From positions 128,001 through 192,000 of the forward strand of contig CAWEXO010000013.1 in the NCBI GenBank assembly GCA_963813025.1: a DNA stretch of 64,000 nt, given 5' to 3'. The position numbers were made by a program, and so were the translations under genes. The notes below the pieces were generated by a model. That model did not search any database and was not told where the DNA came from. It saw only the letters and a program-made list of their open reading frames with translations. Below, piece after piece: positions 50,895 to 62,427 of the stretch; within the stretch, counting starts at the first letter, position 1; each line of letters opens with the position of its first letter. Source of the stretch: an uncultured Verrucomicrobiae bacterium (GTDB taxonomy: Bacteria > Verrucomicrobiota > Verrucomicrobiia > Chthoniobacterales > JAFAMB01).

Positions 50895-52385
50895 TTACCG
50901 TCGGCGGGCGACCCAGACAGCGATCCCGAGGGCGGCGGCCATGAGAGGCAGACCGATCACCACCAGGAAAACAATTCTTGTCAGTTGCCCCGGCCGCAAC
51001 CGGAGAACATACGTCTGCGGTTCCCTGACGGGGATCGCCAGCAGTTGTTCACGATCAGTCAGCCAGTTGACGCTCAGTAAAGCAAAGTCCAGCGCGGGCG
51101 CACTCTGGAGCAAAGCCTCGTCGCGCAGGAAATCGGCATTGCCGACGACCACCATCCGAGACAAAGAACGGACTTGCATGCGTTCATCCTGGATCGAGCC
51201 CTTCTCGAGAGCCCAACCAAAGACGAGCGGAGGTTCAAGATCAACCCCGGGGCGATAGATCGGGCGGAAATTATTTCGAACGAAATCGGCTTTTTCACCC
51301 CAGTAGGGCTCGATCGCTGGCGCGAGGGCCCGGGTGGCCGTAAGGCCAAGCTGCGCTACTTTGTTCCGGTCTATCGAGAGAGAAGTGGTGCCGCCTGGGA
51401 AATATCCGATGACGCGGGCCAGAGGTTTCAGGAAGGATGTTTCCGACAGAAAATGACTGTACACATCGAGCGTAATGGCACCTTCCTCGATTCCGTTCTT
51501 GGTCACCAGCAGGTCGTCTTGAGGGGTCACCCCGAGACCGGCGAGAAAGTTTTTCAGACGCGGCGTTTGCGCTCTCGGATCAAGCAGGATAAAAAGCCGC
51601 CCTTCTTGGTCCCAAAATTTCCGCAATAGTGCTGACTCGTCTTCAGTCAAGTCGTAGCGGGAACCAGGAAGAATGACCGCGGAAAAATCGGCGGGAATCG
51701 CCGTTGCACCTGTAAGGTTGAGTTCCTCTAGCGAAAAGTCCTGGTTTCGCAAAGCCGTGAGGAATCGGTTCAATGACGAATCAGGCCCAATCGAGAGTTC
51801 GCCATGACCGGTCAAAAAACCGATCTTCACCGGCTTACTTTCGATTAACGCGAGGAGGGTGCTGGTGATGACCTGCTCGCCTTTGAATACCCGCACGTCC
51901 TGGTGGTCGTCGAACAGACCGGACGGCCGATAGTCAGCTAGGTCGGTTACCGGCACGATCCTGCTGCGACCAAGGTATTCGAAGATCAGCACACCCTTGT
52001 TTGGGCTGATTTTGAAGCGTGCTTGGAGTTCGCGGGCCCGGCTGATATCGCGATAAGGATCGACTTGCTCAATGCGCAGTTTCCGTTTTGCGGCAGCGTG
52101 ATACTCGTTCAGCAACCCCGCGATATCGTCCGCCAGATCCGTTCCCGGCGATCGGATCGCCGCCGGTGAGAGGTACACGTAAATTGTCGCTTCTTTCTTG
52201 AGCGAATTCAAGACCTTGCGGGTATAGCCTGACAGGACAAACCGCCCGGTGCCCGACAAATCCCATCGTCCGTACCGCGTAAAGCCAATATAGTTAATCA
52301 GCAGGATGATTGCGCCGAGAATGACTAGCTGCAGCAGGACATTGGCCGCGATCCGGGATCGCTTGAGTCCGATCAGACTTTCCAT
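50895..52385 (-). CDS. GldG-like ABC auxiliary protein
   Basis: RWDLS...FVLS..T, FLTGHGE, VVVGNADF, NWL, C-terminal TM. Confidence 0.82.
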   Translation of the reverse strand: MESLIGLKRSRIAANVLLQLVILGAIILLINYIGFTRYGRWDLSGTGRFVLSGYTRKVLNSLKKEATIYVYLSPAAIRSPGTDLADDIAGLLNEYHAAAKRKLRIEQVDPYRDISRARELQARFKISPNKGVLIFEYLGRSRIVPVTDLADYRPSGLFDDHQDVRVFKGEQVITSTLLALIESKPVKIGFLTGHGELSIGPDSSLNRFLTALRNQDFSLEELNLTGATAIPADFSAVILPGSRYDLTEDESALLRKFWDQEGRLFILLDPRAQTPRLKNFLAGLGVTPQDDLLVTKNGIEEGAITLDVYSHFLSETSFLKPLARVIGYFPGGTTSLSIDRNKVAQLGLTATRALAPAIEPYWGEKADFVRNNFRPIYRPGVDLEPPLVFGWALEKGSIQDERMQVRSLSRMVVVGNADFLRDEALLQSAPALDFALLSVNWLTDREQLLAIPVREPQTYVLRLRPGQLTRIVFLVVIGLPLMAAALGIAVWVARRR

Positions 52386-53128
52386 CGGCGATACTGGAAG
52401 ACGTGATAAGTCATGACGAGGAAGAGCAGTGCGAAACTCGGATAAAACACCAGCGGCCGGGTGTCTATGATGCCCCGTGAGAACGCATCCATGTGATCGA
52501 GTTGGGCACAATAAGCACTCAAGTCCCTGATGAAAGGTGACGGGCTATCGATGACAAAATTTATGAGGGTGAGAAAAAAAAGACCCGTCGTGATCACCAG
52601 GGTCATCATCGCCGCTACCAACTGATTGGCGGTGAGGGCCGACGCCAGACAGCCGAGCGAGAGATTGAAGAGCCCCATCACGAATAAGAGGAGGTAGGGA
52701 GCCCAGAGCTGGGCGCCCGAACCAATGACCGCGCGATTGCCCAGCCAACCGAAGATCAGGAAGTAAGCCACGCTCGGCAGCCAGAGAATAACGTAAAAAA
52801 TGACGGCGCTCAAAAACTTCGCGGTGACCACTTGCCAGTCATGCACCGGGGCGGTCATGAGGGTCTCGACGGTGCCAAGCTTAAATTCCTCAGCAAACAA
52901 CCGCATGGTAATGACCGGGAAAACCAGGAAGTAAGCGATCCAGAAAAAGAGCGAATTAAAGAATGATTGGACGACAGTAAATTCGGTGGGGCCGCGCGAC
53001 AGCACAGCCAGCGAAAACCAGAAGGAAAGCCCGTTTAGGATAAGAAAGAAAAATAAGACTACGTAGGCAATCGGCGAGTAGAAAAACGAGGCTATCTCTC
53101 GGCGGAGCAGAATGAGCAAACCTCTCAT
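52373..53128 (-). CDS. GldF-like ABC-2 permease
   Basis: RE..SFF.SPIAY, TMRLFAEE..GT.E.L.TAP, T.NQ, F.RGIID. Confidence 0.88.
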   Translation of the reverse strand: MRGLLILLRREIASFFYSPIAYVVLFFFLILNGLSFWFSLAVLSRGPTEFTVVQSFFNSLFFWIAYFLVFPVITMRLFAEEFKLGTVETLMTAPVHDWQVVTAKFLSAVIFYVILWLPSVAYFLIFGWLGNRAVIGSGAQLWAPYLLLFVMGLFNLSLGCLASALTANQLVAAMMTLVITTGLFFLTLINFVIDSPSPFIRDLSAYCAQLDHMDAFSRGIIDTRPLVFYPSFALLFLVMTYHVFQYRRWKV

Positions 53129-53138
53129 CGATCAATGG

Positions 53139-54071
53139 CTAGTTGTCGCTGTGGGTCAACTCCACAAAGGCATCCTCAAGGGTCGCTCGATCGCGGGTCA
53201 GCTCACGGACGGTCCATTGGCGGGCAACCGCTAGCTCGTAAATCTGGCTGCGCGGATCGGCATTCGCTTCAACCCGGATGGAGCAATGTTGCCAGCCGTC
53301 TTCCGGGGAAACTGTTATCTCTTTTATCCCGGGCAATTTCCGGAGAAATTCTTGGGGATCGTCTTTACCGGGTTGGACTTCCAGGCGGACCAGGCTCGAG
53401 GTGCGAAGTTGCCGGACCAGATTTTCCGGGGTGTCCGAAGCCTCAATCCGGCCGCGGTCGATGATGATTACCCGGGAACAGGTAGCTTCAACCTCCGGCA
53501 GGATATGGGTCGACAAGAGAATGGTGTGTCGTTGCCCGAGCGACTTAATGAGTTCGCGGACCTGTCGGATCTGATTTGGGTCCAATCCGATGGTCGGTTC
53601 GTCCAGAATCAGCAGATCTGGTTCATGAATGATGGCGTCGGCCAAACCGACGCGCTGCTTAAACCCTTTGGACAAACTCGAAATCAGTGATCGTCCGACG
53701 TCGCGCAAGCCGCACAATTCCTTCACGGCGCCAACCCTCGATCGCAGCCGGCTGCCGGCCAGACCCTTCACGGCGGCGCGAAACCGGAGATACTCTTCAA
53801 CTCGCATTTCTCCGTACAATGGCACTTGTTCGGGCAGATAACCGAGATGAAGCCGGGCTCTCTGCGAATCCCGAAAGACGTCATAGCCGGCCACGATCGC
53901 GCGCCCAGAAGTAGCCGGCATATAGCAGGCTAAGATGCGCATCGTCGTAGTCTTGCCCGCGCCGTTTGGTCCCAGAAACCCGACAATCTCGCCTTTTTCG
54001 ACCTCAAAGCTCAAACGGTCGATGGCCAGCAAGCCGGCATATCTTTTGGTGAGCTGCTGGACGACGATCAT
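53139..54071 (-). CDS. GldA-like ABC ATP-binding protein
   Basis: GPNGAGKTT, LSKG.KQRVGLA, LDEPTIGLDPNQI, STHIL.EVE. Confidence 0.92.
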   Translation of the reverse strand: MIVVQQLTKRYAGLLAIDRLSFEVEKGEIVGFLGPNGAGKTTTMRILACYMPATSGRAIVAGYDVFRDSQRARLHLGYLPEQVPLYGEMRVEEYLRFRAAVKGLAGSRLRSRVGAVKELCGLRDVGRSLISSLSKGFKQRVGLADAIIHEPDLLILDEPTIGLDPNQIRQVRELIKSLGQRHTILLSTHILPEVEATCSRVIIIDRGRIEASDTPENLVRQLRTSSLVRLEVQPGKDDPQEFLRKLPGIKEITVSPEDGWQHCSIRVEANADPRSQIYELAVARQWTVRELTRDRATLEDAFVELTHSDN

Positions 54072-54283
54072 AGCAGGTTCGGGACGAGCTGAGCGGTGCA
54101 CTAAAGTCCTTGGACACTGAGATTCGATGTAGCTGAATCAAGTTTTTTTCGAGCGGATTTTCCTCCTAGGCTATTTTTCGCCTTTCCAGGACTCTTTCAA
54201 ACGCGCGCATGCCCACCAAAAATTCGTTGGGGTCCGCGTATTCTTGGCTTAGTTTTTTCTTCCCTGCTCTTTGTGGTTTGATC

Positions 54284-57025
54284 ATGAGAACGTTGAATGA
54301 TTGGAACGCTGGTTTGCTGGACGAGTACTACTCGCGCTGGAAACAAGACCCGCGATCCGTTGATGCAAGTTGGTCTGCTTTCTTTGAAGGCTTTGAGCTG
54401 GGCTCCGCTCCCGGAAAAAATGGAGCCGGAGCCATTGCTGAGACTGAAGAAGCCGCGGAAGAGTTGCAAGACAGGATCGACGCGCTGGTTTACAAGTTTC
54501 GGGTTCTTGGCCACACGCAAGCGTATCTGGATCCGTTAGCCGAGTCGGCTCCGGAACGACCGGCCCTCAGCTTGTCTGAGCTCGGTTTGGAGAAGGTTGC
54601 GCTCGATACGATTGTCTCCAGCCGCTATTTTCAGAAAGGGCGGCAACTGTCGCTTGGTCAATTGATCGACGAATTGCGTCGTATCTACTGCGACACGATC
54701 GGCGTGGAGTTCATGCATATCCAGGACGAGAGGATCCGCGATTGGGTCCGCGACAAAATCGAACAACGGGTGACGCTGCCAATCGCGGATGCCAAGAGGC
54801 AAAAAAGTCTTCTTCGTATCCTGATGGAAGCAGAGACCTTTGAGCAATTTGTCCATACGAAGTTCCTTGGGCAAAAACGATTTTCGCTGCAAGGGTCGGA
54901 GGGGCTGATGATAATGCTGGAGACGATCCTCGAGCATTGTCCGGGACACGACGTCCGCGAAATCGTGATGGGCATGGCTCACCGCGGCCGGCTGACGGTC
55001 TTGGCCAATTTCCTGCGCAAGTCGTACAACACAATTTTTAAGGAATTTTCGGAAAACTATATACCGGATCTGGTCGCCGGAGACGCTGACGTAAAATATC
55101 ACCTCGGATACGAAAGTGTTCGCCGAAGCAATCTTGGCCAGGAGGTCGCGATTGCTTTAGCCGCGAACCCAAGTCATCTCGAAATAGTCAATCCAGTGGT
55201 CGAAGGTAAGGCGAGGGCGCGCCAGCGCATCCTCGATGATACTGTGGAGAGACGGAAGGTCCTCCCGCTGCTGCTGCACGGCGACGCCGCCTTTGCCGGT
55301 CAAGGTATCGTGGCGGAAGTTTTGAACTTGTCCCAGTTACCGGGGTACGAGACTGGCGGGACGGTGCACATTATCGTCAACAATCAGATCGGGTTTACGA
55401 CGTTGCCAGCCGATGCTCGTTCGAGCACCTATTGTACCGATGTGGCGAAGATGATCGAGGCGCCGATCTTCCACGTCAATGGCGATGACCCACTGGCGCT
55501 CGAGTACGTCGCCGGCGTCGCGTTGGAGTTCCGGCAGAGATTCTCCCGAGACGTGGTCTTAGACATGGTTTGTTACCGGCGATACGGCCACAATGAGACG
55601 GATGAGCCAAGCTTCACGCAGCCCCGGCTCTACAAACAGATCCAGAGCCATTCCCCGATTACGAAAATCTTTCGGGAGCGCATGCTCAAATCCGGCGCGT
55701 TAACGTCGGAGGAGGCGGATCGGTTGGGAAAGGAATTCAAGAAACGCCTGGAATCGGCTTTGATCGAGGTCCAGAGCTCGGACGTTACCTCGAAAAAGGA
55801 TCATCACCGCAGCTTTGAGGAATCAACCGCGGTTTTCCAGGCGCCCTATAGTCACGACGAACCCGACACCAGGGTTTCGAAAGAGACGGTCGACTTGATT
55901 GTGGATCGTATTACGCAAGTGCCGGAGTCTTTCCATGTGCAGCCGCAGATCAAGAAGCTCATGCTTGATCGCCGTCGGCAGGCGCACAGCGCGGGCGGTC
56001 CCTACGACTGGTCATTTGGCGAGGCCTTGGCTTTTGGATCCTTGCTGGTCGAGGGCATCCCGGTTCGCTTGTCTGGTCAGGATAGCCGTCGCGGTACTTT
56101 CAGTCAGAGGCATTCGGTACTTTACGATGTCAATACTCGGGAGCGGTACATTCCGCTCGGCAACATTACTCGGGACCAGGCGCGTTTTTGCGTCTATAAC
56201 AGCATGCTGTCTGAGGCGGCGGTGCTCGGATTCGACTACGGGTACTCCCTGGATTATCCTAAGATGCTTTGTCTCTGGGAGGCGCAGTTCGGCGATTTCG
56301 CCAACGGCGCGCAGGTGGTCATCGATCAGTTCATCGCCAGCTCTGAATCGAAATGGCAACGTCCGAGCGGAATCGTTCTGCTCCTGCCTCACGGCTATGA
56401 AGGGCAGGGACCTGAGCACTCCAGTGCGCGCCTGGAACGCTTTCTCCAGCTTTGCGCGGAGGAGAACATGCAGGTTTGCAACCTCACGACACCGGCGCAG
56501 TATTTTCACGTCCTGCGCCGCCAAGTGAAAACGGAGATCCGGAAACCCCTTATACTGATGACTCCCAAATCGCTGCTGCGCAACGAGCGGGCCGTTTCTT
56601 CCCTCCCCGATTTTACGGAGACAGATTTTCAGCAGGTTCTTGGTCCGACGCTGCGCGGAGACGCATCCCGGGTCACTCGGGTAATTTTTTGCGCGGGGAA
56701 AGTTTTCTATGACCTGATCTCCTACCAGGAAGCGCAAAATATCGAGGATGTGGCCCTGATCCGCATCGAGCAACTTTATCCGCTGAATACCGGAGCGGTT
56801 GAAGGGGCGCTCGCACCCTTGCGTTCGACAGCTCACTGGGTGTGGTGTCAGGAAGAGCCGCGCAACATGGGTGCCTGGACCTACATCTCGCCGATCCTCG
56901 GACGGATCACCGGACAGGCGATTGCTTATGCCGGGCGCCCCCCTGCCGCGAGCCCGGCGGTCGGTTCGAAAGCGTGGCACGACCTTCAACAAAAAGAGCT
57001 AATACAAAGCGCCTTCACGATCTGA
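54284..57025 (+). CDS. sucA: 2-oxoglutarate dehydrogenase E1
   Basis: [48 protein letters not shown]. Confidence 0.97.
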   Translation: MRTLNDWNAGLLDEYYSRWKQDPRSVDASWSAFFEGFELGSAPGKNGAGAIAETEEAAEELQDRIDALVYKFRVLGHTQAYLDPLAESAPERPALSLSELGLEKVALDTIVSSRYFQKGRQLSLGQLIDELRRIYCDTIGVEFMHIQDERIRDWVRDKIEQRVTLPIADAKRQKSLLRILMEAETFEQFVHTKFLGQKRFSLQGSEGLMIMLETILEHCPGHDVREIVMGMAHRGRLTVLANFLRKSYNTIFKEFSENYIPDLVAGDADVKYHLGYESVRRSNLGQEVAIALAANPSHLEIVNPVVEGKARARQRILDDTVERRKVLPLLLHGDAAFAGQGIVAEVLNLSQLPGYETGGTVHIIVNNQIGFTTLPADARSSTYCTDVAKMIEAPIFHVNGDDPLALEYVAGVALEFRQRFSRDVVLDMVCYRRYGHNETDEPSFTQPRLYKQIQSHSPITKIFRERMLKSGALTSEEADRLGKEFKKRLESALIEVQSSDVTSKKDHHRSFEESTAVFQAPYSHDEPDTRVSKETVDLIVDRITQVPESFHVQPQIKKLMLDRRRQAHSAGGPYDWSFGEALAFGSLLVEGIPVRLSGQDSRRGTFSQRHSVLYDVNTRERYIPLGNITRDQARFCVYNSMLSEAAVLGFDYGYSLDYPKMLCLWEAQFGDFANGAQVVIDQFIASSESKWQRPSGIVLLLPHGYEGQGPEHSSARLERFLQLCAEENMQVCNLTTPAQYFHVLRRQVKTEIRKPLILMTPKSLLRNERAVSSLPDFTETDFQQVLGPTLRGDASRVTRVIFCAGKVFYDLISYQEAQNIEDVALIRIEQLYPLNTGAVEGALAPLRSTAHWVWCQEEPRNMGAWTYISPILGRITGQAIAYAGRPPAASPAVGSKAWHDLQQKELIQSAFTI

Positions 57026-57026
57026 C

Positions 57027-58286
57027 ATGCCTATCGAGATAAAAATTCCGGCCGTCGGCGAGTCGATCACTTCCGGGCTGCTCTCTGCGTGGCACAAGAA
57101 ATCAGGCGATTTTGTACAGGATGGAGAACCACTTTTCGCGCTGGAGACCGACAAAATCTCCACCGACGTGCCGGCTCCTGCATCTGGGAAAGTGCTGATC
57201 GAGGTTGAGGCTGGGCAGGAAGTCAAAATCGGTCAGGTCATCGGCTCGATCGATGAAGCCGCTCAGCCCGCCGCAAAGGCTGGCAAAACGCCAGGTGAAA
57301 CGCCCACCAAGGCAACTCCGGCGACCTTGGCGGTCGAGGATCCTGCTTCAGAAAGCGAGCGCAGTTCTACGTTATCGCCGGCGGCCCGCCGCGTAGCAGA
57401 GGAGGAAAGAATTCCGGTCGGCGAGGTGAAAGGAACAGGAAAGCGTGGGCAGGTAACCAAATCCGATCTGGTCGAATATCTTGAGCGCGGGCAACCGCCT
57501 CCGGACCAGGCTGCTCCGGTCAAGTCGCGCCAGGCATCGTTACCGCCACTCACAATGACGCCGAAGACCGCTCCGGTCGAACAAAGCGAGAGGTTCGTGC
57601 GCCGCAAGATGACTCCGCTGCGCAAAAAGATTGCCGCTCAACTGGTTTTGGCTCAGCAGAATGCCGCCATGCTCACGACCTTTAATGAGTGTGACATGTC
57701 CTCCGTGATGACGCTGCGTTCCAGATACCAGGAGAGCTTTCAAAAACGCCACGGGATTAAGCTGGGCTTTATGTCGTTCTTTGTGAAGGCGGTTGTTGAC
57801 GCTTTGCATGCCGTTCCGGCAATCAATGCGCGCCTGGATGGCGACGATCTGATCGAAAACAGATACTTTGATATCGGAGTAGCCGTAGGCACTGAGCGCG
57901 GATTGGTAGTCCCGATCATTCGGGATGCCGATAAAAAGAGCTTCGCGGAGATTGAAAAAGACGTCGCAAACTTTGCGGGAAAGGCGCGTGACGGGAAACT
58001 CCAGCTTGACGATTTGACCGGTGGAGTTTTCACGATCACAAATGGAGGGATCTATGGTTCTTTGCTGAGTACGCCCATCCTGAATCCGCCGCAGAGCGGG
58101 ATTCTCGGCATGCACAAGATTCAACCCCGTCCTGTTGCTCTTGAGGGTGAAGTGGAAATTCGGCCCATGATGTACCTGGCTCTGAGTTACGATCACCGCG
58201 TGGTCGACGGTCGGGAGGCGGTGACCTTCCTGGTGCGTGTAAGGGACTGCATCGAAGATCCTTCCAGGCTCCTGTTACAGGGCTAG
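57027..58286 (+). CDS. sucB: Dihydrolipoamide succinyltransferase E2
   Basis: Lipoyl [23 protein letters not shown]. Confidence 0.97.
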   Translation: MPIEIKIPAVGESITSGLLSAWHKKSGDFVQDGEPLFALETDKISTDVPAPASGKVLIEVEAGQEVKIGQVIGSIDEAAQPAAKAGKTPGETPTKATPATLAVEDPASESERSSTLSPAARRVAEEERIPVGEVKGTGKRGQVTKSDLVEYLERGQPPPDQAAPVKSRQASLPPLTMTPKTAPVEQSERFVRRKMTPLRKKIAAQLVLAQQNAAMLTTFNECDMSSVMTLRSRYQESFQKRHGIKLGFMSFFVKAVVDALHAVPAINARLDGDDLIENRYFDIGVAVGTERGLVVPIIRDADKKSFAEIEKDVANFAGKARDGKLQLDDLTGGVFTITNGGIYGSLLSTPILNPPQSGILGMHKIQPRPVALEGEVEIRPMMYLALSYDHRVVDGREAVTFLVRVRDCIEDPSRLLLQG

Positions 58287-58302
58287 GAAATTGGAAGACA
58301 CG

Positions 58303-58367
58303 GTCGGGCACGTTTCACGTTTCGCGTCCAATCGGCCGCGAAACCCGAAACGTGAAACGTGCCCGAC
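58303..58367. repeat. Perfect 22-bp inverted repeat built from CACGTTT heptamers (possible terminator or RNA stem after sucB)
   Basis: GTCGGGCACGTTTCACGTTTCG (58303-58324) / CGAAACGTGAAACGTGCCCGAC (58346-58367). Confidence 0.85.
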
Positions 58368-58424
58368 ATTCCCATGGCCGAAAACGGCGAGACGTTCGCC
58401 GAATCGATGTCATGCTGGTCCATT

Positions 58425-59849
58425 ATGTTGGATCGGGAACAGTGTTACCAAGCGGTTTTGACACGCGACAAGCGGTTCGATGGATTGTTCTATGTCGCGG
58501 TCATGACCACGCGGATTTATTGCCGCCCTATCTGTCCATCGAAACGGCCTCGGTTCGAGCACTGCCTTTTTTTCCAGTACGCGGCTGGAGCCGAGGCAGC
58601 AGGTTTTCGCCCGTGTCTGCGCTGCCGCCCCGAGCTGGCGCCGGGACTGGCTCCAGTCGATCAACGAGAACGTCTCCTCAACGCCGCGTTGCGCCACATC
58701 GCCGAATTGGGATCTGAGCTTCGTCTGGAAACCCTCGCTGGCAGGCTCGGCGTCAGCGAGCGACACCTACGCCGGGTGATCAACAGTGCATTTGGTCTCT
58801 CCCCGATTGAACTAGTGCAAACCCAACGGCTCTTAATGGCCAAACGGTTGTTGAGCGACACCAGCTTGCCAATCATCGACGTGGCTTTTGTCAGCGGTTT
58901 TTCAAGTCTCCGGCGTTTTAATTTTTTGTTTCGCGATCGTTACCAGCTGACGCCTGGCCGTCTCCGCAAAAAGCGGGGATTGACGAGTCAATCGCCCCGG
59001 CTCAGCTGCTTTCTTGCTTATCGGGCGCCGTTTGATTGGGAGGCTTGCTTGCAATTCCTTTCGCGCCGGCTCTTTGGTGGGGTGGAAACGATTGTCGATG
59101 GACGCTACTGGCGCACGGTGCAGATCGGCCGCTACGCTGGTTGGCTGATGGCAGAGAATGAACCAGCCAAGGATCGGCTTAGAGTTCAAGTTTCTCCAGA
59201 GCTGGTCCCGGTCCTCGGCCAATTGCTTTTGCGAGTGCGGCATCTTTTCGATCTTGACGCGGTACCGGACCAGATAGCGACGTCACTCGGTGATGTGGCC
59301 GCGCCCAATCCTGGAATACGTGTTCCCGGGGCATTCAACGGTTTCGAGGTGGCGGTGCGAGCGGTTCTGGGGCAGCAGATCAGTGTAGCGGCGGCAACAA
59401 CCCTGGCAGGCCGATTAGCTGTTCGATTCGGCGACCCGTTAAGTACACCGGTGCCAGGTCTGAGTCGACTGACACCGTCGCCCGAAAGATTGGCCCAAGC
59501 TAGCCAGGAAGACATCGGCCGCGTGGGAATGCCCCACTCCCGGGCAGCCGCCCTCCGCGCGCTCGCCGAGGCAGTAAGCAGTAAACAGCTTGATCTGGAG
59601 AGCAATCACAATCTCAAGCAGGCCCTGCGCCAACTTTCGGCTCTCCCGGGCTTCGGCGATTGGACGGTCCAATATATTGCGATGCGAGCTTATGCGTGGC
59701 CGGACTCATTCCCGGCCAGCGATCTTGGTCTGTTGCGAGCCTTGAAAGTGAACAAGAGCAAAGCCGCCATTCGGCTTGCGGAAAAATGGAGGCCCTGGCG
59801 GGCCTACGCGGTCATGCACCTATGGAAGAGCTTGGAGAATTCCTTATGA
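58425..59849 (+). CDS. alkA: AdaA-AlkA fusion (Ada Zn domain, AraC HTH, 3-methyladenine glycosylase II)
   Basis: IYCRPICP, GFRPCLRCRP, AraC HTH, RAVLGQQIS, PGFGDWT..YI.MR, WRPWRAYA. Confidence 0.92.
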   Translation: MLDREQCYQAVLTRDKRFDGLFYVAVMTTRIYCRPICPSKRPRFEHCLFFQYAAGAEAAGFRPCLRCRPELAPGLAPVDQRERLLNAALRHIAELGSELRLETLAGRLGVSERHLRRVINSAFGLSPIELVQTQRLLMAKRLLSDTSLPIIDVAFVSGFSSLRRFNFLFRDRYQLTPGRLRKKRGLTSQSPRLSCFLAYRAPFDWEACLQFLSRRLFGGVETIVDGRYWRTVQIGRYAGWLMAENEPAKDRLRVQVSPELVPVLGQLLLRVRHLFDLDAVPDQIATSLGDVAAPNPGIRVPGAFNGFEVAVRAVLGQQISVAAATTLAGRLAVRFGDPLSTPVPGLSRLTPSPERLAQASQEDIGRVGMPHSRAAALRALAEAVSSKQLDLESNHNLKQALRQLSALPGFGDWTVQYIAMRAYAWPDSFPASDLGLLRALKVNKSKAAIRLAEKWRPWRAYAVMHLWKSLENSL

Positions 59850-60343
59850 AAAGTCATTGTTACTATCATAGCCCGATCGGAAAGTTGCTCCTCGTCGGTG
59901 AAAACGAAGAACTTGCCGGGCTGCATTTTGCGATGGGCGTTTCGGTTGACAACCTGGAACAGGGGCCAAACTCATCGTTGTTTGCCAAGGTCAGCAAGCA
60001 ACTCGATGAATACTTCGAGGGCAAGCGCCATGAGTTTCAGTTACGTCTTCGGCTGAAAGGCAGCCCCTTTCAGATAGCTGCCTGGCGTGCCCTTTCTGAT
60101 ATACCATATGGCACAACCATCTCTTACAAAGAGCAGGCCGATCGGATAGGCAGTGTGCCGCGCGCGGTCGGTCTGGCCAACGGCCAGAACCCGCTCGCAA
60201 TTATTCTGCCATGCCACCGGGTAATTGGCGCAAATGGCAGCCTGACCGGGTACGGCGGAGGGCTGGAAAGAAAAGCAGCACTACTGTCCTTCGAGGCGAA
60301 TGTTCGGGATTTCGGGCCTGCGCCCATGAACGCCCTGGCATGA
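59846..60343 (+). CDS. ogt: Methylated-DNA-protein-cysteine methyltransferase
   Basis: IPYG.T.SY, RAVG.ANG.NP, PCHRV; ATGA overlap with alkA. Confidence 0.95.
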   Translation: MKSHCYYHSPIGKLLLVGENEELAGLHFAMGVSVDNLEQGPNSSLFAKVSKQLDEYFEGKRHEFQLRLRLKGSPFQIAAWRALSDIPYGTTISYKEQADRIGSVPRAVGLANGQNPLAIILPCHRVIGANGSLTGYGGGLERKAALLSFEANVRDFGPAPMNALA

Positions 60344-60420
60344 AAGAACGACCCTTGCTTTCCTGGCGGAAAAAATCCGCTCACAAAACTTGAGTCATCT
60401 ACATCGAATTTCGGAGGAGC

Positions 60421-61818
60421 CTAGGTCTTTGCGGTTGCTGGTTCCAAGGCCTGCGGGCTGGTCGTTTCGACCAACTCCGTCGACGGTTTTGGATCGGCTA
60501 TCGCGCCGATAAGTGAGCTTTTCTTGAAGCGATTGAGATAATCCAAAATATGCTCCTGTACCTGTGACTTGAGTTGAAAAGCGATCTCCGGATTCGCCGC
60601 ACCTAAGGTGATGCGAACAACCATGGAAGCCTCACCCAGCTCGCTGATCATTACCTCCCATTTGCCTCCGTTCCACAGCGGATTGGCGCGCAGCATGGTC
60701 TCCACTTGCTTGCGGATCGCCGGCAGTGAAGCGTCCAAAGAAAGGACCAACGAGAACGAGGTGAGCGATTCAGCCGACGTTCGTGTCCAGTTGGTAAAGG
60801 GCTTTTCGAGGAAATAGGTAACCGGCAGGATCAAGCGACGCAGATCCCGTAACCGGACGGAAACGAAGCTGAAGGTAATTTCCTCAATGGTCCCGACGAC
60901 GTTCTCGACCTCAACCACGTCGCCGAGAGCAATCGGCTGGGTGAGCGCAAGCTGAAGACCGGCGAAGATGTTTTGGAGTGTACGCTGCGCCGCGACCCCC
61001 GCCACCAATCCCAGGATTCCGGCGGAAGTCAGCAGGCTGGCTCCAAAGGCCCGGACCTGGTCAAAGACCATCAAGGCCGCGCCCAGTGTTGCCAGAATAA
61101 TCAGGACATTGAGCATCCGATGCATGACCGAATACTGTGTTTCCGCCGCGCGAATTTGCCGTTCCTCATCGCCATACTTTACCTTCGCGCGTTGAGCTAT
61201 TTTCGCTTCGACCAAACGGAGGGTTCGCAAACTATCGATCCCCACGAAAAGAATAACGACGACCAGAGTAAGGCGCTCAAAAAGTCCCTCCACCTGCCTG
61301 GGAACTCCGAGCATCGGAATGACAAGGAAAGCGAACATCAGTGGCAGAAGAGCCTGCAGAGCTTGAGCGCCGGTCAAAATCAGAATCGCGTGAGAATGTT
61401 CAAGATCTTTCAAGGCAGCTTCACGCAGCCGTCGGCTGCGAAGTCTTATGACTGTAACGATCAAATTAATGAAAACAGCAATCGTCAGGGCAGCAGGCAA
61501 TCTCCATTCCCAGCCAGGCTTGCTAAACCAAGCGGAAATCGCCGGCTGCAGTGCGAAATCATGAAGCAGAATTTGATAACATCCGATGATCGCAGTGAGA
61601 AGGATCAGCCGGGGGATGGTCAATTGGACGATCAAGAACAGCACATTCCAACCGCGCGGCGGCGCTTCGTATTGGCTCCTGGCCGCTAACTGGGTTGGAC
61701 AATGGATACCCGCACGATTGAACCTGTCCGACACGTAGCGTTGCAGGAGCCGCAAACCGAAAAGCACCAAAAAAAGAATCAACAGGTGACCGACGGCAAC
61801 CATGAGAATTTGAAGCAT
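60421..61818 (-). CDS. MscS-family mechanosensitive channel
   Basis: SLL.SAG..GL..G.AAQ..L.N.FAG.Q.A.TQPI..GD.V, F.NWTR. Confidence 0.9.
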   Translation of the reverse strand: MLQILMVAVGHLLILFLVLFGLRLLQRYVSDRFNRAGIHCPTQLAARSQYEAPPRGWNVLFLIVQLTIPRLILLTAIIGCYQILLHDFALQPAISAWFSKPGWEWRLPAALTIAVFINLIVTVIRLRSRRLREAALKDLEHSHAILILTGAQALQALLPLMFAFLVIPMLGVPRQVEGLFERLTLVVVILFVGIDSLRTLRLVEAKIAQRAKVKYGDEERQIRAAETQYSVMHRMLNVLIILATLGAALMVFDQVRAFGASLLTSAGILGLVAGVAAQRTLQNIFAGLQLALTQPIALGDVVEVENVVGTIEEITFSFVSVRLRDLRRLILPVTYFLEKPFTNWTRTSAESLTSFSLVLSLDASLPAIRKQVETMLRANPLWNGGKWEVMISELGEASMVVRITLGAANPEIAFQLKSQVQEHILDYLNRFKKSSLIGAIADPKPSTELVETTSPQALEPATAKT

Positions 61819-61960
61819 GGAATAAAGTCTCGTGGGGAATTAAGGCGATTTAGACAATGAAAGCAACACGGTGCTCGCCCCGGGTTGCAAGGCAAGAGGG
61901 GACATTAGCGGCGACACGTCTCGACCTGGACGAGCAGGCCACCTCCGTAAAGCTACGGCG

Positions 61961-62422
61961 TCAGAACGGAATATCGTCCGGTTCCGCGTCCAGGTCCGGG
62001 TCTTTTGCCGGACGAGACGGCGGCGAGGCAGTGCCCGTTCTGGCCGGTCGTGCACCCGAGGCGGCGGCCGGACCGCCTTCCGCATCCGAGCGACTGCCGA
62101 GCATCTGCAACGTTTCCCCAATCACCCGCAGCTTGGACCGCTTTTGCCCGGTCTGTTTATCGTCCCAACTATCCAACTGAAGGCGGCCTTCAATAAAAAC
62201 TGATCGGCCCTTTTTCAGGTATTGTTCGGCTATTTCGGCCAGACGCGCCCAAAGGACGACATCGACATAGGTAACCTCTTCACGTCGTTCGCCTTCTTCA
62301 GCCGTGAACACGCGATTGACCGCCAACCCGAGATCTGCGACCGCAGTACCCTTTGGAGTGTAACGCACTTCGGGATCTCGCGTGAGGTTCCCAATCAGAA
62401 AAACACGGTTCAGATTAGCCAT
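61961..62422 (-). CDS. ssb: Single-stranded DNA-binding protein
   Basis: NRVFLIGNLTRDPE, EGRL, C-terminal DDIPF. Confidence 0.97.
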   Translation of the reverse strand: MANLNRVFLIGNLTRDPEVRYTPKGTAVADLGLAVNRVFTAEEGERREEVTYVDVVLWARLAEIAEQYLKKGRSVFIEGRLQLDSWDDKQTGQKRSKLRVIGETLQMLGSRSDAEGGPAAASGARPARTGTASPPSRPAKDPDLDAEPDDIPF

Positions 62423-62427
62423 AACGA

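Noticed and set aside
56012..56992. 326-aa minus-strand ORF
   Set aside because: Antisense shadow of sucA
58374..58391. Possible AdaA operator ATGGCCGAAAACGGCGAG upstream of ada-alkA
   Set aside because: Plausible position, but a single occurrence and no consensus I can support from this window
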